A stretch of DNA of 63,139 nt, the filler included, from Choristocarpus tenellus KU-1152 (Eukaryota; Protista; Phaeophyceae): assembly GCA_964200185.2 (NCBI GenBank). It is 10 parts of 10 records of this genome, joined end to end, with 100 filler letters (N's around TTAATTAATTAA, not from the genome) between each part and the next. Parts side by side here need not be neighbours in the genome. Positions count along the whole stretch, not along the records: positions 17,566 to 24,881 come from CAXNAD020006344.1; positions 24,982 to 30,446 come from CAXNAD020010705.1; positions 30,547 to 33,745 come from CAXNAD020021602.1; positions 33,846 to 44,175 come from CAXNAD020002985.1; 6 more parts are not named here. One strand, written 5' to 3'. Below the pieces are notes generated by a model. The model ran no database searches, was not told the DNA's origin, and saw nothing but the letters and a program-made list of their open reading frames with translations. The stretch's first letter is position 1. Each line of letters opens with the position of its first letter. The translations under genes and the position numbers were made by a program. Of the stretch, positions 23,601-37,331 are shown in pieces.

Positions 23601-26600
23601 ATGTGATGTTGACCGCATCCAATCAACCTCACTCGTAGTTAGGCTGACAGATAAGCTGGTTCCATACAGTCAGAATTTGTAAAGCTTGATTGGTATAGCT
23701 GACAACATCCCACCAACCTTTGGCTAATAATGATATTCTGATCAGATATTCACTAATAATACCACTTTTACATTAAAGATCATTTGTATGAATGAAGTTT
23801 TGCAATGTAATAGTTCATAGTATATAAATTGTCACACCTTTTTTCCTTTTTGATCCCAGAGGTCACTTTTTGGTTGACCCCGAATCATGTTTACGTGACT
23901 TCGAGGATAATCAGAAGGAGCGGCGATGTGAAAAGCAGGGTTGTCTGTTATCGTAACATTTTTCCGTATGCAATATAAATTTTAATCTATAAACTTGGTG
24001 GTAGGTATGATGACATAGAATCTGGTAATTTTTCTAATGTTGGAGTTGATCAGATCGCTCGTTGCATCTTAATGATGAATCAGATGGACTAGGGAGGTAT
24101 TTTCCACCGTTAGGGATAGGGATAGAGTTACAGGTTAGGATTATACACTTCCGTAGTTCGTTTGATTCATAGAATGAGTTGAAGTTCAAGATCCAATCAA
24201 CTCCAATATCGGAAGTTTTACCAACTCTCATCATAACATCATACTGATTTACCCACTAAATATTTTCATTCCACAGAAATCGGAAAGGTGAAACCATTTA
24301 CTCGTTCTTTTACTTGCATGCCCCAGTTGTCAATTATTGGTGAACGGCTAGTTTCTTTGTCGCATCTATGTCGGGGTATGAAGGAAGCGATTGCCGTTTT
24401 TGTAACCTCAGGTACGACCGATGACATAGCTTGCTGCTACCAACAGTGATCGCTTTCGCCTCAACTGCTGGTTGGGACTACTTACGGAACAGAGTTGCTT
24501 GAGGCGACAACATCAGCCTTGATGCTCGTTGTGATGCTGCTTGTGGGAGAAGCAGCAAGCAGCATCTCTTCAGCAACTATAGTAATATCACTGGTATCTA
24601 TACTGCTGTGTCCTTGCTAAATAAAGCTGGGAATGAAACCTTGGATTGGTCAACAGACTTGACAGTGTCTCAGTGTTTCATCATTCCGTGGTACTTTGTT
24701 TCAATAGTCGTATACTGCAATGATGCGTAGCGTTGATACCCATGCGTGCTCCCTGATGATGCCAATCTAGGGTCCTTACAAAGATCCAATACAAAAACAC
24801 AGGATCAAAATATCTGGGGGGGGGGTGTCGGTGTCCGTTTTTCACTTTTTTGGTGTGATTTGGTCGCACGTGTCGGACTTGNNNNNNNNNNNNNNNNNNN
24901 NNNNNNNNNNNNNNNNNNNNNNNNNTTAATTAATTAANNNNNNNNNNNNNNNNNNNNNNNNNNNNNNNNNNNNNNNNNNNNATTGGGTACACGAATCTCC
25001 AAATTTCTCCCCTTCTCTCTTCGTTAGTCTCTCACCTCCTGGATACGTCAACGGTGGGTGTGGCACACAACTGTCCTCGGGAATACATCATTGGTGGTCT
25101 ACTACGAAAATCTCCTTGCAACAGAACCCACTATTCCTCACGATATAGGCACACTGAAATTCAGATCGAACACAAGATTCCAAGTTTTCTTGTCCTTACA
25201 CAACCTTCATCTGGGTAGCACTCACCCTGAACATGACGAACCTTTGGCCATTTTGCAACATGGAAAACCTGTGCACGTGAGTCAAACCACAGGTCGTTTT
25301 TTGAACAAGTCCCATTTCCAAGGTGAGTTAGGCTCAGATCACAAGTTGAAGATTTACTTCAACACCGTTCAAAGCAATTGTGATCGTTTATATTAATCGA
25401 ACATTCCATTTGCACAGGGTTGCCAAGAATTCAGTTTACCCCTGTAGTTAGAGGCAAAGTTGTCACCAAGTCTCGAAGAACTAATACGTTCTCTAATCTA
25501 AAGTCCGTATTATTATAGGTAGCACACACGCACATGTCAACGTTCTGTACGCCTGGTAGTCATTTGGATGACAGGGTCAAGCAATGACTGTATAGTCACG
25601 GTCATTTCGTTTGACACCACAATAAAGGTGAGTTGAGTAAATTGTGACCTTTGAAAGGTCCTGCATGGCGCATCTCCAACAAGTACTACGATAGTTACTA
25701 CCTTTGGATAGTTGCTTGCATTGTGGACGAAGTTCTGGATAAGAAGTGCCCATAACATGGCATTTGGTTTTGCTAGCAACCTGACGTATCTACAGACCTA
25801 CTCGGAGCAGCACAATTTAATGTGAGCTGGCCTTTAAGCAAATGGAAATCGGGCTGGGATGGAGTTACCTTAAAGTGAACCATAACTCATGTTCTATGGC
25901 GAATATGTCTGATTAGATCCAACCAATGTGTATTATAAAAATCTGATTTGTTAAACGAAGTATCAAGTCTGTATGTGTGGTTCAGCGCACAGAGGGAATA
26001 GCACAGGAAAGATAGGGTCAACCAATACCTTGACTAGAAATCCTCGGTGAGAGGACTTCCGATCATCCTGTGGTCATGCACAACAACAAACGATCCCCAA
26101 AATTGCCAAAAGAAAGCCATTTTTACAGTGGTGGACCAGCAGGCAGTAGTTTTTAGCTGCCGAAGGGCAGGAATAGGACTCCTTGATGAAAGGCGACTTC
26201 AAGGTTTTCAAGATATTTGACACCAACGCACTGACAATATCAAGGCTATGGAAGAAGTATACCACCCAAAGGATGTTTTTAGGTACAGAGCTAGGCTTGG
26301 GACTGTGGAGCGGAGGGGTACACCTCACCCAGTGTAGTTGCCCAGCTCAAACCAGAGGCATAGGTGTCGTGTCGGTCTAGTGTGTATCGGAGGATCTGCC
26401 TAGGGCATTAACTGATGAAGCACTCATTACGTGAAACGGCTATGTGAGTGTTGACACACGGTAAACATGTAACTATAATGTTTGTCATCTTCCCAACCAT
26501 TCGATAGGTTCGCATTAATTCTTGTCAATTGTGACAGCAAAGGTTGTGTATCACCCATAAACAAGCACTGCAACAATAACTGCACAAAACCGAACAGATC

Positions 26601-29600
26601 TAGGGTTCTATATGTATACACTTGTCACTTGATATATTACATAGTACTACGCTTACGATACAATGGAGGGGCTGAGATGCCGAGATCACATGTAGAGTAT
26701 AAATAGTACAAACACTGATGTCCTCGCTGAGTTCGTTCAGCCATGCAGGTGCCTCTGACCGAAACAAATGCCTCTGCCAGCCAAGCATGCTCGCTTCTAC
26801 AAGGAAGTCCACCTTCCATACTGTATCAACTATTATATGACATACTCAAATCCCAAAAAGAAAATGTGGACTTGCACAGGCTCCTGAAGCGTTTTTTTGG
26901 GGGAGAAGATACATACATTCCAATAACCCGTCATTCTCGTTCATGGTACAACGCACTGGTTGTTGTGCTTAAACCTGTTGAAGGAGACATCAACGTAGCT
27001 CACACTCCAACTTTGCAAAATCAATCTAGTCCTAAGCAATTAACAATACTTACAGCTCTACTTCAGTCTACAGCACTGTACAGTGCCACATGCTATGGAT
27101 GTGTTACAGCGTGCCCCTCAGAACTCACCTCCACAGGATATGCAAATCAAATCCAACAACCTTAAAACGACGCTACGTGGGGGTCCACAGATGATAACCA
27201 CGTACAGTGTCAGTTGATGCTTAGCTCAGTCAATGTCTCGCTTTTCGCTTCTTCAAAAGAGGTAAGGATCAAAAGAACTGAGGGTGTGGCCATCCGCACT
27301 CAGCCTTTTACTAACATCATTCACCATTTTTCTACAGTCAAAGAGTTAAATGAAGTCTGCAAACTGCTATGTAGATACTTCAATCTTTATTCTACAACTT
27401 TCAGGAATTGACATCTATTGTGTAAGATTATGTTTGCATTTCAAATCTTATTCTGCATCTTCTATCAATTCAAAGTTCCTCTTAAATGAATTCTTGCGTA
27501 TGTATACTGTTCGCGCATTTTGGAGCACCGAAAGAAGTGCTCACGCTATTCGCCTGTAACAGATGCTCCACTTCCCATCCACACAGAAATATCTCCTGTT
27601 GAATGCTAAACACAATGTGGAGGAAAATGGGTGTAACTCCATGATGATCTCCAGGGTTTTGACCAAATAGACCCGCCTTTTACCTCCCAAAGGTACAAAA
27701 GTAAGAGGAGCAACTCTGTGCTCATTTATCTCCCTCAACAGCACTCAATCACCCCATCTCTGTGAGCGAGTGTGTCGAAGCAACAAGCAACTGCATCACA
27801 GTCCTGTCTATATTGTTAATTATTGCACATCACCCACTTGAGTAAATTGGAGCACTCTTCCCGATCTCTGGTCGCTCAGAACCACCTACTGAAGATCTTA
27901 CCTGGAGGGTAAGAGGAACATCCACAGTGATGGTCAGTATGTGTGTGTGTGTGTGCACTGTGGAAAAAAAAAAAGTCTCAACCTCCATCTGGTCAAAACC
28001 TCTTCCTCCACCCTCGCCCTCTTTCAAGTGTGCTGTACAAACAAATTCATATTTGTATGGTAATCTTGGGATTTGAAAACAATTCTTAAGGTGCGTCGAC
28101 CAAAGAACACAAACACGGTGAGGAACACAATCCATTTCGAGCAAATACACAAAATAATGTTAAATAAACTGGTGTATATATGGTATGACAGCAGTATTTG
28201 ATACTCAAATGAAGGGACAAAAATTCTGTCACAATGGGTAGAAGGTAATACGATAGATATAACAGCACGGGACACAACAGTGATTTTTTTTTCTCAATTC
28301 AGTAGAGATTGTGCAACAATATGTTCTCATCACCGATCTCGCCTCTGACAAGACTGGCATCCGGAATCAAATTCCTCCTGCGAATGTCTTCAAGTCGAAC
28401 AGATTCCGCAACAGAGTAATCCCTTGTGAGCTTGGTTGAAGGTCCCGCAAAGGCCCCATCATCGACTGTTGTCAATGCAGCGGTTGCCTACACAGGGAAG
28501 CAAACGCTAAAGTTGGCATTGGACTATGTGGTCTGCAGCAAGAAGAAGCAAATATCTGGGGGAGTAAAAAAAGTACAAGGAATAGAACCCTAAAAGTGGA
28601 CGGAAGGTGTCATCTACTACACGGACAGGAGGTGCAGCCCGGGCAATCTTGGTCAACCAGTGTGCACACACAAGTAGCTTCACGATAAGCTGGCAGAATT
28701 TCTCTCACTGTCTTTTCTGTTGTTATATTTAATTGGAACTTAATGTTGAGAACACTTCCAAGATAATGAAACGTGGTCGATTGGCAAAATCTCAAAATTT
28801 GAAGGGTTTGCATGTAATATTATGGCTTGGAAAATGCTGCCTACATTTATTGTGTGAAAGGGAAGAATGGAGAAGTGGGAGGTAGAGTCTAAAGTCCCCA
28901 ACCACACAGATTAGCCTTACCGTTGAATAGGGAACCAGAGGCGATTCCAACTCGACAGGGTTGTCACAAACATCTGAACCCACACCAAAGAGGCGAGTCA
29001 CTGTAAGACCAGTAAATGGTAACGGGTGAACGCAAGAAGAGGATTGATTGGGTTTTCAGAATAGGAGACGCAGAGATGTGACAAATATCAGGAGGAGGGA
29101 TGGAATACTGACTCTGGGGAGCACTCCTATTTGGTTGGCCGCTAACTTAAGTTCATTCTTCAAAAGCCATCTTGAATTATTTTGAAGCCCGTTATTGATG
29201 AGGGTGAGGAGAGAACGGGTAGTTGAGGGAAATGCAGAAGACAGCAAGTTCATTCATCTACATTTTGGCAGCCTAATATAGGAGCACAGTTGCTACCTAG
29301 CCATAGCAGACCTTTCGAGCTAACCTGTTCTCTGTTCTAATTATGGACTCCGTGTATACTCCTATTGCAGTCCTCAAGAGAGTTTAATCTTACCATGTGG
29401 CCAAACGGTCTACTATGTAGGTTCGCCTTGCACGAGATGGGATTTCTGTAAGGTAATTGATGATCGCTTGTTATTTGGGTTATACCTTACTGCATTGATA
29501 GTTGTGATATAATTTCCTGTATAACCAATATACTAGCAGCAAGGTGGTCGATACTTGGTCACTAATTACGTGGTCATATTATTTTAATGTAGTGTTGGTG

Positions 29601-29985
29601 AAGGAATCATTTGATAGATAATTACTACTGCAAACTAAGTAACAAAGACACACGAGTTTCAGCACGCCTCAGGCCACTCTTCCATTTCTTACAACAATTC
29701 ATTTCGTTTGCAAAGGGGGCTGTGTGGGGCTCCCATCTCCTTTCTGCTCCTGACTTCTATCCCGGCCAAGTCTTAACTACTCTTACAAAATAGTTGTCTA
29801 CAGAGTAAATTTGCACCTCTCAATTGTACAACAAAGAAAAGTGTGACTGCAGAAGAATATAGAGGAGAGTTACCGTGACATCGGAGAGTCAGAAAGAATC
29901 GAGCTTGAATAGTGGACAGGTTCAAAACCCCAACCAAAACCCCAACCAAAACCCTACCAAGCACTAGCATGATGTATTGTACATG

Positions 29986-30345
29986 CTAACCGAAGTTTCC
30001 TTTCCCGATAACACACAGTTTCTTACCTGTTCTAGACACTGGGTAGTTGGCGTGTTTGCCGCGGGAGATGTAGGCAACGGGTCGTCTATCAGGACCAAGG
30101 ATATCGACGAGATCCATGGGATCCCTTATCCAAAAGTGCTCAGTGCCTCCATGAGGGCCGTAAAATACCCCTGACACGGTCTGAAATTTGAATTGCCGTG
30201 GCGAACGAGTAATGATCAAATCCTTGCAGGGTGGTGGTCAAGCAGGGTGCGGCATTTGATTCCTCCATATTCAATCTCCCTTTGTGAGGATGTGCCTTAC
30301 ACTCGCTAAACGGTTGCAGGGGGTACTTCCATAATGACGTGTTGA
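29986..30345 (-). pseudogene. Vps62-like (DUF946) domain fragment, intronless
   Basis: QHVIMEV ... GVFYGPHGGTEHFWI ... RPVAYISRGKHANYP matches the Vps62 pattern EHV..., Y.S.H.G..W, RPVVY.A.GSHANY. Confidence 0.65.
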
Positions 30346-31468
30346 ACTTGTTGGGATGAGGGCTGACACCATATCTCTATCTTGGATCAAAGTACCGGGG
30401 GGGGGGGGGGGGGGGGGGTTTGGGGGGGGGGGTCCGTTTGGGTGAANNNNNNNNNNNNNNNNNNNNNNNNNNNNNNNNNNNNNNNNNNNNTTAATTAATT
30501 AANNNNNNNNNNNNNNNNNNNNNNNNNNNNNNNNNNNNNNNNNNNNCCCGCCCCCCAGATATTTTGAGCCAGGCTGTTTAGTGAAAAGCTGGAGCTGACA
30601 TGTATTTTGTGCGAGGTTGAGTTGCTTCACGCTGTGGTGCTACACGGCGATGACATTAACTTCAAGAGCATGCAGTCTACGCTTGCTGTTTGGTCGTGTA
30701 CCATTGCCTGACACCCGATTGACCGGGTACGTGATTGCAGACCAGCTGCTGTGAGGTTCAAGACTGGGGGGGCTGGATAGGGAGGCGCATCTCTCGCTTT
30801 TTTTCCCGTTTTTTTCTTTGTGTGTGTGTGTGTGTGTTTTTTTCATGTGAGAGGATGAGTAAAATGTAGAGCTGGAGTGGGCAGTACAGTTTAACTGTGA
30901 CGGACCACGGTATGACAGATCAAAATGATACCGTCAACGGTATGTCTCTTCATCAGCAGTATTCAGTGTACCAGCGTAAGGACCTGATGCAGGCAGCGGG
31001 TAATCTCTTTTTTTTTATCATAATTGCTAGGCCACAGGCAAATTGGCTTAGGTTACTTCTGTGCTCATAATGCACAGCCTGAATGACCTGGCACTCTTCC
31101 AAATTGCACTTTCATCCTGGCTAGACCTCATGTCTTAAGACAGAATGCCCACATCATCAGCACAGAGCTTACCCCACAGGAGTCGCTCAAGGGTTACCTT
31201 ACCCCCTGTCACTCCTCCTCTGACCTGGTTGTTTGTCACAGCTTCCTTGGTAACACAACAAGATCCTTGTAGATGGGCAGGGTCATAGGTGAACTCATCA
31301 ATCACTATGCTTTGGATTGCTGCGCAGTATAGATTGAGCGGGATGGGAGCAAGAAATACACTCTAGTGTGCAAACCTGTAAGATTCTACAGTAGCAGTAG
31401 TACAATACAGAATGCGTCAAACGCGCATCACAATACCACGGTGAGGGTGCAAGCTCAGAGACAACACG

Positions 31469-31735
31469 GAGTCAAAGCACCTTAGAGGGTAGGGCCGCGT
31501 CTGTTTGGGGTCCAAAATCCAGTGTTGCGATTTTGGATGTAATTTTTGCTACCGTGTTTGTTAGCATGTGTCAATATCATTGCTCTAGACACACCTTTCA
31601 TGGTCGTATACATTTTAGGGTTAGGGTTAGTATTCACACAGAAAACCGAAAAAGGGAATAAAAAAAACAGTGGGAAGCCAAGCCCTGAACGGACAAAACA
31701 GGGCAAAACTGTTACCCTCTTAAATGCTTTGGGTC
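31469..31735. mobile_element. Family A MITE (subfamily shared with 55270-55598) containing TTAGGG repeats
   Basis: GAGTCAAAGCACCTTAGAGGGTA ... TACCCTCTTAAATGCTTTGGGTC. Confidence 0.85.
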
Positions 31736-32849
31736 ATGGCATTCACAGAGTCTGGGCGCTGAGGGATAAGAAAGCTCCTTAGATGCGACTCCCAAGGATA
31801 GGTACAGAACATGGTCAGAAAAGGACAGAAAAGCAGCTGTCTCCACCCATGGAGTGTAAATGTGCCACCTTGATCCTAAACCGTAGCTAATAGATCGCAG
31901 TGGCCCAACAACCTATTCATCAATGCTACGCCATCAACATTAACATATAGGAGTCATAGGAATTGCAAAACTGGACCGTGAGGCCACCCCTCCCCACCCG
32001 GCCTTGAAGCACAAGTGTTTCCATAAGTTATGAAGACCCCTCATGTATAACAGTTGGGTTGTGCTACACATCACCCTGGAATTGCGTGAGAGCAATTTTT
32101 CTGACCTGCACTCTGTGGTATATAAATGGCTTGTTCTTAGACTACCTACCCCCCTCCCCTCCCACAGGCCGCCAGAAGGTCTTCATTGTAACATGAGTCT
32201 AGTCAGTTCTTGTTTTGACATGCAATTTGTGTCATTCCGTTCATCATTATGATTGTACTACAATATATTACTGATAATGGTGGCCCACTTGCCTCCAAAT
32301 ACTCACAGTTTAGATTATGCATGGTGGTTGATATACACGAACCAATGATACCATTGGTAATAATGGTAATATTATCCTTTGCTTTCCTTTTTGGATTAAA
32401 GTAGTCAGCGGAAATTATGCCATTAAACATCAAACAAACGTCTGAATATAGTGCTGTCATAAAAAAAACTTCAAGTTAAAAGTAGCAATGATAAAAGTGT
32501 CATTTTTTTTCGTTATTGTAATCGTTGTGACCATTGAATTGTATGCTTACTTGACAAGATTTCCAAAAGGCTACAACCACGCTAAATAGAGTGTGCCTTG
32601 CTGAATATATATGTGTAGTAGTAGGAGGAGGAGTAGGAGGAGGAGGAGTTCTTGGTGGTTCCTGTCGATTGATTCTTAAGCTCGAGTAATGATCTACAGA
32701 GTATATTGTAACAGTGTGCGAGGTATGTAGACTGGTCGTGTAAGAGAAGAAGACAGATGTCGTAAGTCAGCAGGGGAATGCAAATAGAGGTTGCAGGGTA
32801 GATGTACCAGTTGTTGGGGGTATATGCTACGACATACCACACAAGATAC

Positions 32850-33209
32850 GGGTCAAAGTATCTGAGGGGGGGGTGCCAGCGTCCGTTTTTGACCCTGGCT
32901 CAAAGTACCTGGGGGGGGGGGTGGTGGCTGTCCATTTGGAGCTAAATTTTTCATGTCCCGATTTTTGGGTGATTTGGTTCCATACGTTGGATGGATAATG
33001 AAAGTGTGCACTTTTCCTGGTGTTGGTCCAAATGGACACTTTGGTGAAGTTTTTGCTTTCTCCCCCCTCCGCATATCATCTATTGTATAAACTAGATANN
33101 NNNNNNNNTCTGATTGGTGGAAAATGCAAGGGGGATCGTTTTCTTGTCTTGGTTGAAAAGGACACTTTTGTGCAGTCCCCCCCCCCCCCCCCCCAAGATA
33201 CTTTGGGTC
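32850..33209. mobile_element. Poly-G MITE (family B) composite copy
   Basis: CAAAGTATCT(G)n and CAAAGTACCT(G)n left ends, (C)nAAGATACTTTGGGTC right end; interior similar to 54684-54875. Confidence 0.8.
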
Positions 33210-34743
33210 ACACCACAAGTGTAGACATTGCAACTAACAGGAGTAGGATAGGTCCATAGCAATCCACTCATACTATTTCATTACGAACGATATAATATAT
33301 ATTGTCATGAGGCCTTTCCTGCAAGCAATAAATGCTTTCACAGTTGTTGTTGTCATTAATGCATTCTTTGCCCTATGTGATTCTTATTATTCCCTCCATA
33401 ACATAGAGCTCCAGAATATATAAAGCCCATCACCGATACATAGAACTGTACCAACTTTGTGCATCTTAGACGTTCCACCAGTGATGATGCCAATATCATC
33501 TCGAAGATCCACTACTGGATCCAACGGGCATGGGGGCACTTATTGAGTGCGGCAGAGGGCTGCACAAGTCAACAGTTGTGCATTTCCACTTGAGTCGAAA
33601 ATGTATGCTTGAAGTCCAAGTGCTTGAAGTTCTGCTGTATGACTAGGTAATGGGGATACTCAGTCTTGACAGACCGCTACACCCTGATTGGATCCAGCAC
33701 TGCAAGGCTCAAAGTATCTGGGAGGGGGTGGCGGCTGTCCATTTGNNNNNNNNNNNNNNNNNNNNNNNNNNNNNNNNNNNNNNNNNNNNTTAATTAATTA
33801 ANNNNNNNNNNNNNNNNNNNNNNNNNNNNNNNNNNNNNNNNNNNNCCCCCCCCCCCCCAGGTACTTTGGGACATTTGTCAGCATCCTTAAAATACAACTT
33901 TGGGTGCCTCTCGTTTCTTTGACTCAGAACAATTTTTTTTTATGGTCCTTCAGGCTAACAATTGTTTACACTTCAAAACTTCATCCAACGGAGCAGGCCA
34001 AATGCCCACATGTCCTTCCTAGCACCTTTACCATTGAGTACATCATTTCACGTTTTGTGTATATGCCTCCATTTTCCCTAGAACATGAGGCCAGGGAAAA
34101 CCCTCTTACCTTGATTGTTGATTGTTTCCACAACAGAGTCTAGCTGTTTTGAGGCACGTGTTACCAGCTCAATAAAGCTGGGCAGCCATGACAGGGCTGA
34201 GCTCCCTCCGACACAATCGGGTCCTACCCTTGGAGTCTAACAAATGGTCATCAGATCACAGTCACAGCAGAAAGGTCAGGGCGAGTGAGCAGTGTGAACA
34301 TTGCAGTGAGACAACAATATAATCGTTGCCCACAATCCACGAAATATACCCTTCTACTACTTCCGCCACCCTGAAGGTGTTCGACGGAGCTAACAAACAC
34401 AACCTAGTAGCATTAAGACACACTTCACACCTCTGTTGGAGTGGTCGAGCAATAGATGGGGTCCTTATGGTTCTCATACAGGCACTAAAGTGATGCTCTT
34501 TATTGCACTCCAGGTCGCTCCTACAACAGTCGCAGCACTGCTGAGCTCAAAAAACGTTACGCCCTCTACATGGCCAGGTTGTCCTTAAGGTAAAAACCAG
34601 TCACCATCTATCTGTAGATGCATATCCTCCTCGTACTTCAGTAGCACTGAATGACTAGCACTAGTGAACAGGGCACCGTGCCCACAGTAACAACTCTCCC
34701 AGAACCCACCAAGCACCTCCCAGTAGGGTGTATACTTTCTTGC

Positions 34744-35128
34744 TACTTGAAATATTCTATACACTCTGTGGCAATCAATCATGGTCAGATTTGTTATCAG
34801 TAGATTTTTGAATAGCACTATCAATATCATTTCCCGAAAGGACCACGGCAGGCAGCGCAAAAAGAAGTTATCTCCGCCCCTTCCACACACAACAAAAAGG
34901 CGCTACAGCTAATGCAGCAAAGGTTCTTTCTTCGATTAATTGTACCAAACGGTGCCTTTTTGCCATTTCTTGGAATCATCCTTAAAACCAACCTAGCCTA
35001 CCTCTCAAATACTTCGGTTCTCGGCTGCCACGAACCTTTCAGTAAAATAGTATTGATAGTCCTGTTCAAAAATGTACCGAAAACAAGGCTGATCGTGATT
35101 GATTTCGGCAAAGTGAAGTATTTCAAGT
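34744..35128. repeat. Degenerate ~105-bp inverted repeat (34744-34850 / 35025-35128); probable long-TIR non-autonomous element
   Basis: AATCAATCATGGTCAG..TTTTTGAATAGCACTATCAATA..GAAAGG..GGCAG mirrored on the opposite strand. Confidence 0.75.
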
Positions 35129-37331
35129 TAAATTTGGTTTCCTGTATTATTAGGAGAGATTGAATATGTATTCAAATTTCACAAAACGTGAGAAGGAGGG
35201 AACGGGCCATACAGAGCTCTATATGGGGATGGTGTATTAATATCTGAACATCTCATTCCCTTTCTTTGATGTCGTTCAAGGGGAGCTTCAGTTCAACAAC
35301 CGCGAGAGTCTCATCTAAAACTGTAACTACTACCACGCCACACCGCCCCTTCAAACATAACATGCAATTAGTACACTTACACTTGTTCTTTTTCTGCTTG
35401 CAGTCTGACTAATTAATTGTCCCATCAGCTTCATGTATAATTTCATCTTGCAGATCTGACCATTGTTGTTCTTATTGGTCATATCTCCCCCTTTAGTATT
35501 GTGGTGGGGTTTGGTAATATTTGGGAGGGTTTGTCATAACCATTTTTGAATTGGGGAGTCCTTTGTCGTGATAGAAGGTAGTAACTCCATAGAGGCAAAC
35601 CAACTAAGAGGTAGGCAAGGGATGCATTTTAATGACCCCTAGAAAAGGGAAAAAAATACAACTTTGTACAATTGCTAAAGAGGCTTTGCTGAATTGTGGT
35701 GTTACTTTGCGTGTGGAAAGGGGGAATATCAATTTTGGGTACACAATTAATTGTGCACATGAAGAATGAAAGAAAGAAGGGAAAAGGGTCCAAGCCTTCC
35801 TACCAGTCCATTGGTTTGGTTTTAAGATTCCCCATTATTCCATACTTTCTACTAGTACTATGTTCAATTCCTAGATATTCCGTAAGACAACAAAATCAAG
35901 ACTCGTTGTATGAAGTCATCCCATCACCACTCGCTTCGACGCTCGCTGTTTGTGATGCAAGACGGTAACCTGTTGGTTTGCACAATCCTACACTACTGCA
36001 TACTATATAGTATAAATATACTGACCGTATGTGCATTGAAGATGGAGACCACATCCCTTCGCCCTCCTAATCAGGATGTTGAAACTATACAGATTCAGTC
36101 ACCGTACCAGACCTACAAGCAGACTGGCAAATTTCTTCAAGTTTGGGGAACCATTTATAGCGACTATGTCGTTATCATTGTTACTACCTAAGATCAGCTG
36201 TTGTGTTAGAAAGGTTGGAGTTGTTTTCAATAATACATTTTTTTTTACAGGGCGTCACATATCCCACCTGAGCTGAAGATGTGAATCTCAAAAGCTGAAA
36301 AGCGTGAAGTTCTGTTATAATATGGTAGTATGACGCGGACACTCCGCCAATCTCATTATCTCAAGCTCGGTTTACTACATCACAAATCCCTCCTCTGCTG
36401 GTTAGTAGATGGTAGATTCGTTTCCGCAAATTGGAACGCTCCGATCATGGCCTATTCTACAAAGATGGTCTTACTGCGAAGACTGGGTGAGAGAGCATCC
36501 AGTCAATCGTGTCGAAATGGAGGCTCCAATTTATTTGTTGGGTCAGTGGCTTGCATGAGGGATGAGAGACTTCTCAATATTATACATAATATTGATGTTT
36601 GGGGAGGTTGCAAATGGAAAACGGAAACAAGGTGGACTGGAGGAGAACTGATGATGGGTATCTCCAAGACGACCTTCTTGGCAAGTCTTGGGATTGGAGT
36701 GGAGGGTTGGATCATCTTCGTCACTTACCAACAGGAGTGGTATAAGGAATGTGTTGTGGCTAACAGCACAACTCCACCACTAATCATCAGGAGGGGTACG
36801 AGTGGTGTGTGTGTATTGGCACAACGAGGTTGTTCAATGTCCATTTTTGAAATCGGCTGTTCAAGCAAGGAAGCTACATGGTAGCTAATATATGCCATAC
36901 CAAACCAGCAATTAAGGTTACCCAACCCACCAACATCACCATCATCACTCTTGTGTACTGAATGGTTTTCTTTGTGGGGTTGTTGTTCTGCATCCTTCGT
37001 TCATGTTCTTTCTTCTCTTCTTCCCGTTACGTTTTTTTGGTGATGATGGTGTGTGTGTTGTTGCATTCTTCAATTCGTTAAATTTATTTTCCTCTCTTGG
37101 ATTATTTTTTCTTTTTCTTCCAAATGTTTTTATTTTGTGGTCCTTAATGCCTTTTCTCAACCACTTCTATTATACTCCATATTACCTTCTTTCTTTCTAC
37201 CATCTCTGACACAAATATTAGTATGATAATAGGATTTAGTAGAAAAAGGAGTAGTCAAATCCTGGCTACGCCAAATTGTCTCGGTGACTACGCAAGTAGT
37301 GGCACTATCTCGACGTGCCATACGTTTTAAG

